A DNA stretch of 64,000 nt from Pseudomonadota bacterium (GTDB taxonomy: Bacteria > Pseudomonadota > Alphaproteobacteria > Caulobacterales > Caulobacteraceae), in the NCBI GenBank assembly GCA_046046615.1, contig JBJOJL010000003.1, forward strand, positions 24,173-88,172, in the 5' to 3' direction. Numbering within the stretch: position 1 is the stretch's first letter; each line of letters opens with the position of its first letter. Positions 17,918-28,696 of this stretch are shown here, piece by piece. The notes below the pieces were generated by a model, which did no database searches, had not been told where the DNA came from, and was given only the letters and a program-made list of their open reading frames with translations. Position numbers and translations under genes: made by a program.

Positions 17918-18466
17918 ATGACCGATCCCCAGCCCGCTTCCGTCTATGACCTGGCCCACGAGGACCAGGCGGAGAACCTCGCCACCTTCGCCATCCTGGT
18001 GGACAACGAGCCCGGCGTCCTGCACCGGCTGGTCGGCCTGTTCGCCGCCCGGGGCTACAACATCGAAAGCCTCACGGTGGCCGAGACCGACCGCAAGGCC
18101 CACACCAGCCGGGTGACCATCGTCACGCGCGGCGCACCCCAGGTCCTGGCCCAGATCGAGGCCCAGCTGCAGAAGATGGTCGCAACCCGACACGTGCAGG
18201 ACGTGACGCGCGACCCGAACGGCCTGGAGCGGGAGCTGGCCCTGGTGAAGGTGCACGGCCTGGGCGCCGACCGGGTCGAGGCCCTTCGGATCAGCGAGAT
18301 CTTCCGCGCCCGGGTGCTGGACACGACCATCGACAGCTTCATCTTCGAGGTGACCGGGGCCTCGTCCAAGATCGACAAGTTCATCGACCTGATGCGCCCG
18401 CTGGGCCTGGTCGAGCTGGCGCGCACAGGGGTGCTGTCCATCACCCGGGGCGCCGAAACCATCTGA
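17918..18466 (+). CDS. ilvH: Acetolactate synthase small (regulatory) subunit
   Basis: ACT domain ILVDNEPGVLHRLVGLFAARGYNIESL and ERELALVKV. ATG at 17918. Confidence 0.95.
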   Translation: MTDPQPASVYDLAHEDQAENLATFAILVDNEPGVLHRLVGLFAARGYNIESLTVAETDRKAHTSRVTIVTRGAPQVLAQIEAQLQKMVATRHVQDVTRDPNGLERELALVKVHGLGADRVEALRISEIFRARVLDTTIDSFIFEVTGASSKIDKFIDLMRPLGLVELARTGVLSITRGAETI

Positions 18467-18470
18467 AACG

Positions 18471-18500
18471 AAAACGGCCCGGGACCTGCGCCCCGGGCCG
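18471..18500 (-). terminator. Intrinsic terminator between convergent ilvH and aqpZ
   Basis: CGGCCCGGG-N8-CCCGGGCCG stem preceded by AAAA, which gives a U-tract on the minus strand. Confidence 0.7.
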
Positions 18501-18524
18501 AAATCCCCTGGGTCCTGTCCTGGC

Positions 18525-19181
18525 TCAGGCCAGCAGGCGGACCCTGTAGAGCAGGGCGCCGATCACCGCTCCGATCGCCGGGGCGACGAAGAAGAGCCAG
18601 AGGTGCGCCAGCGCGGGTCCGCCCACCAGGACCGCAGGTCCGAAGCTGCGGGCGGGGTTCACCGACACGCCGGTGACCTGGATGCCCACGATGTGGATGA
18701 CGGCAAGGGTCACGCCGATCGCCACCCCGGCGAAGCCCGCCGGCGCCTTTTCGGAGGTCGAGCCCAGGATCACGATGACGAAGAGCGCCGTCATGACGAT
18801 CTCGAAGATCAGGGCCGACTGCATGCTGAATTCGCCGAGATATCCCGGACCGAAGCCATTCTGGCCGAGGTTGGCGGTCTGCCCGCTGACGACGGCGAGA
18901 ACGGCGGCGGCGGCCAGGGCGCCGGCGAACTGGGCCACCCAGTAGGTGACCATGTCCCGGCCGTTCATGCGGCCGGCAATGAAGGCCGCGAGGCTGACGG
19001 CCGGATTGACGTGGCAGCCCGAGATGGAGCCGATCCCATAGGCCATGGCGATGATGGCGCCGCCAAAGGCGATGGAGATTCCCAGCTGGCCAACATGGTC
19101 GAAGCCGCCGAGGACGGCCGACCCGCAGCCGAAAAGGACCAGAGTAAAGGTGCCGATGAACTCGGCGAGCATTTTGGACAT
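18525..19181 (-). CDS. aqpZ: Aquaporin Z (MIP family)
   Basis: AEFIGTFTLV start, two NPA motifs (HVNPAVS, SVNPARS), six TM helices. Confidence 0.92.
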   Translation of the reverse strand: MSKMLAEFIGTFTLVLFGCGSAVLGGFDHVGQLGISIAFGGAIIAMAYGIGSISGCHVNPAVSLAAFIAGRMNGRDMVTYWVAQFAGALAAAAVLAVVSGQTANLGQNGFGPGYLGEFSMQSALIFEIVMTALFVIVILGSTSEKAPAGFAGVAIGVTLAVIHIVGIQVTGVSVNPARSFGPAVLVGGPALAHLWLFFVAPAIGAVIGALLYRVRLLA

Positions 19182-19285
19182 TGCGACCTCCCCCATTGTG
19201 GAGAGCCGAGGGTGACCCAAAACACCCGGAGGGTGAATAACGAATTCACCACTCCCCCTATTACCGGGGGCAGGCGCCCCCGGGA

Positions 19286-19314
19286 TTGAGATTTGTGACC
19301 CTGCGTCCTATATC
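19286..19314 (+). promoter_or_regulatory. Sigma70-type promoter of ssrA
   Basis: TTGAGA-17 nt-TATATC, followed by a GTCCGG-TTCG-CCGGAC hairpin at the predicted 5' end (19321-19336). Confidence 0.6.
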
Positions 19315-19339
19315 CCGTCTGTCCGGTTCGCCGGACTAT

Positions 19340-19648
19340 GGGGATAAACGCGCACGAAATAAGCGGACTGGACCCGGGTGCGATTCCCGGCGGCTCCACC
19401 AAAACCTTTCCCCCGCTCCGGCGGGGCGGTGCGGGGCCGATCAGCATCGACAGACGTGTAAAGGTGTTGCTTTCTCCCGGCCTGGCCCACCGTTTCGGGC
19501 TTTAAACTAACTGCGAACGATAACTTCGCTGAAGAAGTTCGTCTGGCCGCGTAAGCGACCCGACGGGTTTCGACCTGAAGCCCTGGCGTCTTAGCAGCGT
19601 CAGGCGGGGCTCGGAGGGGGCCTGGCAACAGAACCCCTCCACTTCCCG
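19340..19648 (+). ncRNA. ssrA: Two-piece, circularly permuted tmRNA; tag peptide (A)ANDNFAEEVRLAA
   Basis: The acceptor piece ends GACCCGGGTGCGATTCCCGGCGGCTCCACCA at 19401. An intervening segment follows, then the coding piece starts GGGGCCGA at 19433. The tag ORF runs from GCG AAC GAT AAC at 19513 to TAA at 19552-19554. Outer ends are approximate. Confidence 0.95.
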
Positions 19649-19753
19649 CCAAGCTTCTGGTCATCCGGCCCGGCGTCTCGCCGGGGGATGGCGACTTGCG
19701 CGCGGCGCCGGGGGCGCTAGTTTGGCCCGGAACCCGCGCCTGACAGGACCCGC

Positions 19754-20230
19754 ATGGCCCAGGAACCGCCCGCCCAGGACCTGATGAACTACGAGGCCAT
19801 GGCCCAGGACGCCCTTAGGGGCGTGGTGCGCGCCGCGCTGCTGCGCGCCGGGGCCCCCGGCGGCCTTCCCGGCGCCCACCATTTCTACCTGACCTTCAAG
19901 ACCGGCGCGCAGGGCGTACAGGGGCCGGACGAGCTCCTGTCCCGTTATCCCGACGAGATGACCATCGTCCTCCAGCACCAGTTCTGGGACCTGGAGGTCG
20001 GCGACCGGGACTTTGGCGTCACCCTGAAGTTCGGGGGCCGGCCCCAGTCCCTGGTGGTGCCTTACGCCGCCGTGACGCGCTTCTACGATCCCAGCGTCCA
20101 GTTCCTGCTGCAGTTCGACGCCGAGGCGGGTCCCCAGACCGCACCGGCGCCGGAGCCGGCCGCCCCCGCCGTGGTCGCCGACCCGGAGGCCCCGAACGTC
20201 GTGTCCCTTGACCATTTCCGGAAGAAGTGA
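19754..20230 (+). CDS. sspB: SspB (alphaproteobacterial ClpXP adaptor)
   Basis: DLMNYEAMAQDALRGVV, HHFYLTF, YPDEMTIVLQHQFWDL and a C-terminal VVSLDHFRKK ClpX-binding tail. Adjacent to ssrA. Confidence 0.93.
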   Translation: MAQEPPAQDLMNYEAMAQDALRGVVRAALLRAGAPGGLPGAHHFYLTFKTGAQGVQGPDELLSRYPDEMTIVLQHQFWDLEVGDRDFGVTLKFGGRPQSLVVPYAAVTRFYDPSVQFLLQFDAEAGPQTAPAPEPAAPAVVADPEAPNVVSLDHFRKK

Positions 20231-20239
20231 GGCCTGCCC

Positions 20240-20725
20240 GTGTCCGATGCGTCCCAGGAAACCCCCGCCGCACCCGCGGCTGAGCCCCTGACCGACGAGG
20301 CGATCCTGGCCCGTTTCCACCGGACCAAGAACCAGCCGACGGGATCCCAGACCCTGGGATTCCGCATCACCGCGGTGAACCAGGCCGAGAAGTCCGTGGA
20401 AGTGGCCTTCGAGGCCCGCGCCGACCTCCTGCTGAACCCGATGAAGCAGATCCAGGGCGGCTATCTCTGCGCCATGCTCGACGAGTGCATGTCGGTCGCC
20501 TGCATGGTCGCGTCGGGAATGACCCATGTGGCGCCCACGGCCGAGATGAAGACCTCCTTCTTCCGGCCCGCCCAGCCTGGCCCGATCCGCGGGGTGGGCC
20601 GGGTGGCCAAGTGGGGCCGGACCCTGGCCTTCACGGAGGGCGAACTCTACGACCCCGAAGGCCGCCTCCTGGCCAAGGCCACGGGAACGGCGGTCCCCAC
20701 GCCCTTCAAGTCCTACAAGAGCTAG
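20240..20725 (+). CDS. PaaI family hotdog-fold thioesterase
   Basis: LNPMKQIQGGYLCAMLDECM matches the N..G..HGG....LD pattern. TAEMKTSFFRP and LLAKATGT. Confidence 0.85.
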   Translation: MSDASQETPAAPAAEPLTDEAILARFHRTKNQPTGSQTLGFRITAVNQAEKSVEVAFEARADLLLNPMKQIQGGYLCAMLDECMSVACMVASGMTHVAPTAEMKTSFFRPAQPGPIRGVGRVAKWGRTLAFTEGELYDPEGRLLAKATGTAVPTPFKSYKS

Positions 20726-21496
20726 ATGCGCCTCCGGGCTCTCCCCGTCCTCCTGGTCATCGCCCTGCTGCAGGCGGTTGCAGGGCGGGCGGCGGCTGAG
20801 TCCCCCTTCCAGAACTGGGGCGCGGTGGTCATCGCCGGGGACTGGAAGGGCGCCAATGGCGGGCCGACGGAAGCCTTTGACAACGCCAGGCGCGATGTCT
20901 CCGCCGAACTTGTCCGGATGGGATTCACTCCCGGCAACATCCTCCAGTACTCGGTGCGGCCCGAACGCTACCGCAAGGAAACGCTGGCCAAGTCGGACAT
21001 CCGGGCGATCTTCGAGGGCATGGGCCAGTTGGCCGCGCGGACGCCGGACGGATGCCTGGTCTACCTGACGACCCATGGCGCGCCCCAGGGAGCGGTCATA
21101 GACCAGTCCATCCTGCCACCCGGAATCCTGGCCGCGATCCTGGACCGGACCTGCGGGGCGCGGCCCACCGTCGCGGTGATCTCCGCCTGCTTCTCGGGCG
21201 TCTTCGTCCCCGACCTGGGCGCCGCAAACCGCATGGTCATGACCGCTGCGCGCCCGGACCGGACGTCCTTCGGCTGCGGACAGTCCAACCGCTATCCCTT
21301 CTTCGACGAGTGCTTCCTGCAGAGCGCGCCCTCGTCCCGGGACTTCCCGGCCCTCGCCGAGCAGATCCGGACCTGCGTGGCCGAACGCGAGGTCAAGGAG
21401 GGGATGCGACCGCCGTCCGAGCCCCAGGTCTTCATCGGCGCCCAGCTGAGGCCCGTCCTGCCCTTCTACGCCTTCCCGGCGAGGTCCCCGCCATGA
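20726..21496 (+). CDS. Exported peptidase C13 (legumain-like, clan CD) protein
   Basis: Signal peptide; predicted catalytic His (LTTHGA) and Cys (ISACFSG); MTAARPDRTSFGC. Confidence 0.78.
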   Translation: MRLRALPVLLVIALLQAVAGRAAAESPFQNWGAVVIAGDWKGANGGPTEAFDNARRDVSAELVRMGFTPGNILQYSVRPERYRKETLAKSDIRAIFEGMGQLAARTPDGCLVYLTTHGAPQGAVIDQSILPPGILAAILDRTCGARPTVAVISACFSGVFVPDLGAANRMVMTAARPDRTSFGCGQSNRYPFFDECFLQSAPSSRDFPALAEQIRTCVAEREVKEGMRPPSEPQVFIGAQLRPVLPFYAFPARSPP

Positions 21497-23523
21497 ACCA
21501 AAGATGGGCCGCAGTGGGAGTCGCCGGCTTGCTGGCCGCCGGTCTCCTGCTCGCCGGAACGCCGGCCGCCGCCCAGTCGCCCGCCGCGGCGACGGCCAGG
21601 CGCGTTCCTGCAGGAAATGGCGCCCCCACCCCCACGGCTCCGGCCCGGTCGACGCCGCCTGCTGCTGAACTCGAGGCCTTCGTGGACGGCGTCGTCCGGG
21701 ACGCCCTGGTGCAGGATCACATTGTCGGTGCGACTGTCGCCATCGTCCAGGACGGCAAGGTCCTCCTGAAGAAGGGATACGGCGCCGCCGATCTCTCCCC
21801 GCGAAGACCCGTGGACCCGGACAAGACCCTCTTCCGGCTGGGTTCGGTGTCCAAGACCTTCACCTGGCTAATGGTGCTCAAGGAAGCGGAGGCGGGCCGG
21901 CTGAGGCTGGACGCCCCCGTCAACCTCTTCCTGCCGGAGCCCCTGCACGTCCGGGACCAGGGCTTTGAGCGGCCGGTGACCCTCCAGAGCCTGATGTCGC
22001 ATTCGGGCGGGTTCGAGGACCGCGCCCTTGGACACCTCTTCGAGCGCGACGCCTCCAGGGTCCGGCCCCTGGCCGTCTACCTCCGCCAGGAACGGCCACG
22101 ACGGGTCCATCCGGTCGGTCAGATGTCCAGTTACTCCAACTATGGCGCAGCGCTCTCCGGCGAGGCGGCGGCCTGGGTGAGCGGCCGCACCTTCGAGCGC
22201 CTGGCCGAGGAAGGCGTCTTCGAGCCCCTCGGGATGAGCCGGACGACCTTCAGGGAGCCCAGGCCCCAGCGCCCCGACCTGCCGGCTCCCATGCCGGCGA
22301 GCCTGGCGGCGGACCTCTCCCGGGGTTACGCCTGGACGGGCGCGGGCTTTCACCCCGAGCCCTTCGAGTTCATCGGCCAGATCGCCCCCGCAGGCTCCGC
22401 CTCTTCCACGGCGGACGACATGGCCCGCTACATGATGGCCCTGCTTGACGGCGGCCGGGCGGGCGAAGCCCGGCTGTTTGGGGAAGCAACCGCCCGCGCC
22501 CTTCGCCAGCCCCTGCGCTCCACTCCACCCGGCATCAACGGCTGGCGGCACGGCTTCATCGCCTACACCCTGCCCGGCGGCCTGCAGGGCTTCGGGCATG
22601 ACGGGGCGACGCGGACCTTCATGACCAACATGACGCTGGTCCCCGAACTGGGCCTGGGAATCTTCGTCAGCACCAATACGAGCACGGGACGCGCCCTGAC
22701 CCAGAGGCTTCCGGTCCGCGTGGTCGAGGAGATCCTTGGCCGCCCGGGCGACTGGCCGCGGCCCCCGGACCCCCAGCTCTACGCCCACCGGCAGATTTAC
22801 GAGGGCCGCTACCTGGGGACCCGTCGCGCCTATTCCGGGCTTGAGGGCATGCTGGAGCGACTTTCCGGGGAGATGCGGGTCGAGGTCACCCCGGAGGGCC
22901 GCCTTCTGACCCGCGAGGGCGGGCGCATCCAGTCCTGGGTCCCGGACGGATCGGCCACACGCGGACGGTTCGTGTCCGACTCCGGTTGGGAGCGACGGGT
23001 CTTTGTCATCGAGGGCGGCAAGGCGCGCCGGATGCTGACGGCCCTGAACACCCAGGTCTACGAGCGTTCCCCCTTCTGGAGCCGGCCGGGCCTGCTCGGG
23101 GCCGCGGCGGCGGCGACGGGCCTGGTCTCCCTCCTGGCCCTCGGCGCCGCCCTGTTCCGGAACCGGAGGGACTTCCGGCAGACGCCGGTGCAGGCCCGGG
23201 CCGGGATTCTGCAGGCGCTTCAGGCCGTCCTCTGGCTTGCGGCCCTGGCCCTGGTCTTCGTCTGGTCCGAGACCACGCCGGAAGGCGAGCTCCTCTACAA
23301 CTGGCCTGGCCTCACCCTGCTGGGCGCGTCCGCCTGCGCCCTGGTGGCCAGCCTTCTCGGACTGGCCTGTGCAGGCCTGCTTCCCTTCGTGCTGCGAAGC
23401 GGGCGGAGGCTGGACAGCTGGTCGCCCCGCCGGCGGGCCGGGTTTGTCCTGACCGTCGCGACCTCCCTGGCCTTTGGCCTCCTGCTGGCGCTCTGGGGCG
23501 GATTGTCTCCCTGGGCGGGGTAG
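21493..23523 (+). CDS. Serine hydrolase, beta-lactamase class C/AmpC-like family, with C-terminal membrane anchor
   Basis: Signal peptide, SxxK (GSVSK), YSN and HDG motifs, three C-terminal TM helices. ATG 21493 overlaps the upstream stop (ATGA). Confidence 0.85.
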   Translation: MNQRWAAVGVAGLLAAGLLLAGTPAAAQSPAAATARRVPAGNGAPTPTAPARSTPPAAELEAFVDGVVRDALVQDHIVGATVAIVQDGKVLLKKGYGAADLSPRRPVDPDKTLFRLGSVSKTFTWLMVLKEAEAGRLRLDAPVNLFLPEPLHVRDQGFERPVTLQSLMSHSGGFEDRALGHLFERDASRVRPLAVYLRQERPRRVHPVGQMSSYSNYGAALSGEAAAWVSGRTFERLAEEGVFEPLGMSRTTFREPRPQRPDLPAPMPASLAADLSRGYAWTGAGFHPEPFEFIGQIAPAGSASSTADDMARYMMALLDGGRAGEARLFGEATARALRQPLRSTPPGINGWRHGFIAYTLPGGLQGFGHDGATRTFMTNMTLVPELGLGIFVSTNTSTGRALTQRLPVRVVEEILGRPGDWPRPPDPQLYAHRQIYEGRYLGTRRAYSGLEGMLERLSGEMRVEVTPEGRLLTREGGRIQSWVPDGSATRGRFVSDSGWERRVFVIEGGKARRMLTALNTQVYERSPFWSRPGLLGAAAAATGLVSLLALGAALFRNRRDFRQTPVQARAGILQALQAVLWLAALALVFVWSETTPEGELLYNWPGLTLLGASACALVASLLGLACAGLLPFVLRSGRRLDSWSPRRRAGFVLTVATSLAFGLLLALWGGLSPWAG

Positions 23524-23546
23524 AGGCGGGCGCGACAAGGCCCGCG

Positions 23547-23562
23547 TAAACGTCTCGTTTAC
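23547..23562 (+). promoter_or_regulatory. CtrA-binding site in the class II fliF promoter
   Basis: TAAA-CGTCTCG-TTTAC fits TTAA-N7-TTAA(C) with 2 mismatches. The downstream TACTGGGTAATTCCTGCCTA resembles the C. crescentus fliF promoter as I recall it. Confidence 0.7.
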
Positions 23563-23636
23563 CAACTACTGGGTAATTCCTGCCTATTCGTCGGCAGGAA
23601 ATGCAGTCCTGAGGCCGGCGCGGGAGATTGCGGACC

Positions 23637-25262
23637 GTGAACGGGATCTTCGCCGCCCTGCAGAGATTTGGCCTCGGCCGCCTCGCCGCCTTCGCGGGCA
23701 TCGGGGTGGGCATCGCCGCCGCCCTGGCCGCCCTGTTCATGAACATGGGCCGCCCCAACGCGCTCCTCTATTCCAACCTGGACCTGAAGGAAGCCGGCGA
23801 GATCACCAAGGCCCTCGAACAGGCGAACATCCGCTACGAGGCCAAGGGCGACGGATCGACCATCATGGTCTCGCGGGACCAGGTCGCCTCCACGCGGCTC
23901 CTGCTGTCCGGCAAGGGCCTGCCGACCGCAGGATCGGTGGGATACGAGATCTTCGACCAGTCCAGCGTGGTCGGCCAGACGGACTTCGTCCAGCAGCTGA
24001 ATCGCCAGAGGGCGCTGGAGGGAGAACTGGCCCGGACGATCCAGAGCCTGGATGGCGTGAGCTCCGCCCGCGTGCACCTGGTTCTGCCCAAGAAGGAACT
24101 CTTCGAGGACGAGATCCAGCAGCCTTCGGCGTCGGTCAGCATCGCCGTGGGCGCCCGTGAGCCGAGCCCCGACCAGGTCCGGGCCATCCAGAACCTTGTG
24201 GCCGGCGCCGTGCCCAACATGAAGCCGGACCGGGTGACGGTGGTCGACCAGCACGCCAAGACCCTGTCCGGCGGCGCCGAGGGCGACGCCATGGCCGCGG
24301 ACGGCCGCAAGTCCGCCGTCGAAGCCCGCATCGCCAAGACGGTCAAGACCCTGGTCGAGAGCGTGGTCGGCCAGGGCAAGGCCCGGGTGAACGTCACCGC
24401 CGAACTCGACCTGTCCCAGGTGACCATCCAGGAAGAAACCTTTGATCCGGATGGCCAGGTGGTGCGTTCCGAGACGACCAGCGAGGAAAACGCAAACGAG
24501 AACCAGCCCAATCCGAACGGCCAGGTCACCGCCGCCGCGAACATTCCCGGCGCGCCGCCGAACCCGGACGGCATGGTCGCCTCGACCTCGGGCCGGACGG
24601 GAACCACCACCAACTACGACATCTCCAAGACGGTCCGGACCGAGGTGAAGGAGCCTGGACAGGTCAAGCGGCTGTCAGTGGCCGTAGCCGTCGACGGCGT
24701 CACCGCCCCCCCGGGGAAGGATGGCAAGCCCGGGGCCTACACGCCCCGCCCGGCCGCCGAGATGCAGCGCATCGAGCAGCTTGTGCGCACCGCCGTGGGC
24801 TTCGACCAGCAGCGCGGCGACCAGGTGACGGTCATCAACGTCCAGTTCCCGAGCGCGGACGGCGCGGGCGGCGGCGTGGTGGCGGCCAACCCCCTGATGG
24901 GCTTCGACAAGAACGACATCATGCAGATCGTGCAGTGGGTGATCCTGCTGATTGTCGCCCTGCTGACCATCTTCTTCGTGGTCCGGCCGCTGTTCAACGG
25001 CTCGGCCGGGCCCCGGACCGGCGTGACCCGCCTGGTCACCACGGTCGATGGCCAGAGCATGATGCTGCCCACCGACCCGTCGACGGGCGAGCCCCTGGCC
25101 CTGCCGGGTCCGGACCAGACCGAGATGGAGCAGAGGATCGAGATCGCCAAGATCGAGGGCCAGGTGAAGGCCAGCTCGATCAAGCGGGTCGCCGAGTTCG
25201 TGGAATCCCATCCTGAGGAATCCGTCGCCCTGCTCCGCACCTGGCTGCACCAGCCCACATGA
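23637..25262 (+). CDS. fliF: Flagellar MS-ring protein FliF
   Basis: [25 protein letters not shown] and ARVHLVLP motifs. GTG 23637 is preferred on SD spacing; alternative TTG 23628. Confidence 0.95.
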   Translation: MNGIFAALQRFGLGRLAAFAGIGVGIAAALAALFMNMGRPNALLYSNLDLKEAGEITKALEQANIRYEAKGDGSTIMVSRDQVASTRLLLSGKGLPTAGSVGYEIFDQSSVVGQTDFVQQLNRQRALEGELARTIQSLDGVSSARVHLVLPKKELFEDEIQQPSASVSIAVGAREPSPDQVRAIQNLVAGAVPNMKPDRVTVVDQHAKTLSGGAEGDAMAADGRKSAVEARIAKTVKTLVESVVGQGKARVNVTAELDLSQVTIQEETFDPDGQVVRSETTSEENANENQPNPNGQVTAAANIPGAPPNPDGMVASTSGRTGTTTNYDISKTVRTEVKEPGQVKRLSVAVAVDGVTAPPGKDGKPGAYTPRPAAEMQRIEQLVRTAVGFDQQRGDQVTVINVQFPSADGAGGGVVAANPLMGFDKNDIMQIVQWVILLIVALLTIFFVVRPLFNGSAGPRTGVTRLVTTVDGQSMMLPTDPSTGEPLALPGPDQTEMEQRIEIAKIEGQVKASSIKRVAEFVESHPEESVALLRTWLHQPT

Positions 25263-26293
25263 GCAAGGCCTCCGCAAAATCCGCCACCATCACGGATCCC
25301 TCCCAGCTGACGGGGCCCGAGAAGGCCGCCATCGTGCTCCTCACCCTCGGTGAGGAACACACCGCCATCTGGCAGATGCTGGATGAGGAGGAGATCCGCG
25401 AGGTCTCCCAGGCCATGGCCACCCTCGGCAACGTCAACTCCGGCGTGGTCGAGGCCCTGCTGGTCGAGTTCATCTCGAACGTGTCCGGCGGCGGCACGGT
25501 GATGGGCTCGTTCGAGCAGACCCAGCGCCTCCTGTCCTCCTTCCTCGACCCCGACAAGGTCGACAACCTCATGGAGGAGATCCGGGGTCCGGCCGGCCGG
25601 ACCATGTGGGACAAGCTGGGCAATGTCAGCGAGGGCGTCCTCGCCAACTACCTGAAGAACGAGTACCCGCAGACCGTCGCGGTGGTGCTGTCCAAGATCA
25701 AGCCGGACCACGCCTCGCGGGTCCTGGGCGCCCTGCCCGAGGATTTCGCCATGGAGTGCGTCACCCGCATGCTGCGGATGGAGCCCGTGCAGCGGGAGAT
25801 CCTCGACAAGATCGAGCAGACCCTGCGCACCGAGTTCATGTCGAACCTGGCCCGCACCTCCAAGCGCGACAGCCACGAGATGATGGCCGAGATCTTCAAC
25901 TCCTTCGACCGCCAGACGGAGACGCGCTTCATCTCGGCCCTCGAGGAGCGCAACCGGGACAGCGCCGAACGCATCCGGGCCCTGATGTTCGTGTTCGAGG
26001 ACCTGTCCAAGCTCGATCCCGGCGGCGTCCAGACCCTTCTGCGCGCCGTCGACAAGGCCCAGCTGGGCCTCGCCCTGAAGGGCGCATCGGAGGATCTCAG
26101 GAACCTCTTCTTCTCCAACATGTCCGAGCGCGCGGCGCGGATCCTGCGGGAGGACATGGAGAACATGGGTCCGGTGCGACTGCGCGACGTCGACCAGGCC
26201 CAGATGGCCATGGTGCAGACGGCGAAGGACCTGGCCCAGAAGGGCGAGATCATGCTGGCCGGCTCCAGCGGCGATGACGAGCTGATCTACTGA
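25259..26293 (+). CDS. fliG: Flagellar motor switch protein FliG
   Basis: [25 protein letters not shown] and [13 protein letters not shown] motifs. Confidence 0.95.
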   Translation: MSKASAKSATITDPSQLTGPEKAAIVLLTLGEEHTAIWQMLDEEEIREVSQAMATLGNVNSGVVEALLVEFISNVSGGGTVMGSFEQTQRLLSSFLDPDKVDNLMEEIRGPAGRTMWDKLGNVSEGVLANYLKNEYPQTVAVVLSKIKPDHASRVLGALPEDFAMECVTRMLRMEPVQREILDKIEQTLRTEFMSNLARTSKRDSHEMMAEIFNSFDRQTETRFISALEERNRDSAERIRALMFVFEDLSKLDPGGVQTLLRAVDKAQLGLALKGASEDLRNLFFSNMSERAARILREDMENMGPVRLRDVDQAQMAMVQTAKDLAQKGEIMLAGSSGDDELIY

Positions 26294-26943
26294 TGACCGG
26301 CGCGCCCCTGGAGAAATTCGGCTTCGACACCGTCTTCGACGGCGGGGGCAACGTGGCCAGCTCCACGCCCCGGCCGAAGCGGTTCTTCAACGCCGAGGAG
26401 GTGGAGGCCGTGCGGGCCCGCGCCTTCGCGGAAGGCGAACGCAAGGCCTTGGGCGAGATGGCTGCGCTCCAGGCCCGCGCCCTGGCGGACATCGCCCGCA
26501 GCGCCGAGAATGGCCTGGGCGGCCTGGCCCGCGTGGCGCACGCCCATCGCGAGGGCTCGGCCGCCCTCGCCCTGGCCTGCGCCCGCGCCATCGCCGGCGA
26601 GGTGCTCGACATGTTCCCCACAGCGGCGCTCCAGAAGGCGCTGGAGAGCCTGGCCCGGGAGATCGAATCCGAACCTCGCCTGCTGGTCACCGTGGCGCCG
26701 GGCCTTGGCGAAGGGCTGCAAGCGCTGCTTGCAGGTACGGCCGCAGCCGGAGGCTTCAACGGCCAGATCCTGGTGCGGGAGGACGCGGGGCAGACCGGCG
26801 CCGCCTTCACCCTCGACTTCGGTGACGGAGCCGCCAGCTACGACCCGGACGAGGCGGCCCAGAGGGTCTGGGCGGCGCTCAAGGCGGCCCTCGCCACGGA
26901 AGGCCTGCACGCGGAATCCCTCGACCTCCCTGGGGAAGGCTAG
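26293..26943 (+). CDS. fliH: Flagellar assembly protein FliH (FlbE)
   Basis: KFGFDTVFD N-terminus and position between fliG and fliN. Confidence 0.8.
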   Translation: MTGAPLEKFGFDTVFDGGGNVASSTPRPKRFFNAEEVEAVRARAFAEGERKALGEMAALQARALADIARSAENGLGGLARVAHAHREGSAALALACARAIAGEVLDMFPTAALQKALESLAREIESEPRLLVTVAPGLGEGLQALLAGTAAAGGFNGQILVREDAGQTGAAFTLDFGDGAASYDPDEAAQRVWAALKAALATEGLHAESLDLPGEG

Positions 26944-26949
26944 GACATC

Positions 26950-27288
26950 ATGAGCGACAACGAACTCGAACTCGATGAACTCGGCCCGTCCGACGGCTCC
27001 CACGAGCCCGGCCTTGAAGAGGGCGGCGAGAAGACGGCCAGCGACCTGGCGCCGATCTTCGACGTGCCGGTGTCGATCTCGGCGGTCCTGGGCCGCGCGA
27101 CCATGAGCGTCTCACAGCTCCTGCAGCTCAATTCGGGCAGCGTCCTGGAGCTGGACCGGCGGGTCGGCGAGGCGATCGACATCTACGTGAACAATCGCCT
27201 GGTGGCGCGCGGCGAGGTCGTCATCGTCGACGAGCGGCTGGGCGTGACCATGACCGAAATCATCAAGGACGGCGACACCCAGGCCTAG
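26950..27288 (+). CDS. fliN: Flagellar motor switch protein FliN
   Basis: DVPVSISAVLG...GSVLELDRRVGEAIDIYVNNRLVARGEVV SpoA domain. Confidence 0.95.
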   Translation: MSDNELELDELGPSDGSHEPGLEEGGEKTASDLAPIFDVPVSISAVLGRATMSVSQLLQLNSGSVLELDRRVGEAIDIYVNNRLVARGEVVIVDERLGVTMTEIIKDGDTQA

Positions 27289-27317
27289 GGCCTGGATGGC
27301 GTAGCGGAGACGGAAAC

Positions 27318-28685
<1,368 letters not shown>

Positions 28686-28696
28686 GGAGCTGAACG

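Noticed and set aside
19196-19260. GGAGAG...CACCCGGAGG resembling a glycine riboswitch
   Set aside because: Lacks the CTCTCAGG 3' core and the second aptamer, and has no glycine-related downstream gene.
19380-19760. tmRNA as a phage or island integration site
   Set aside because: No integrase and no duplicated ssrA 3' end found in the window. The conserved sspB follows directly.
21493-23523. Class C beta-lactamase resistance gene
   Set aside because: The motifs fit the wider serine hydrolase family (HDG instead of KTG, C-terminal TM anchor). Resistance cannot be inferred.
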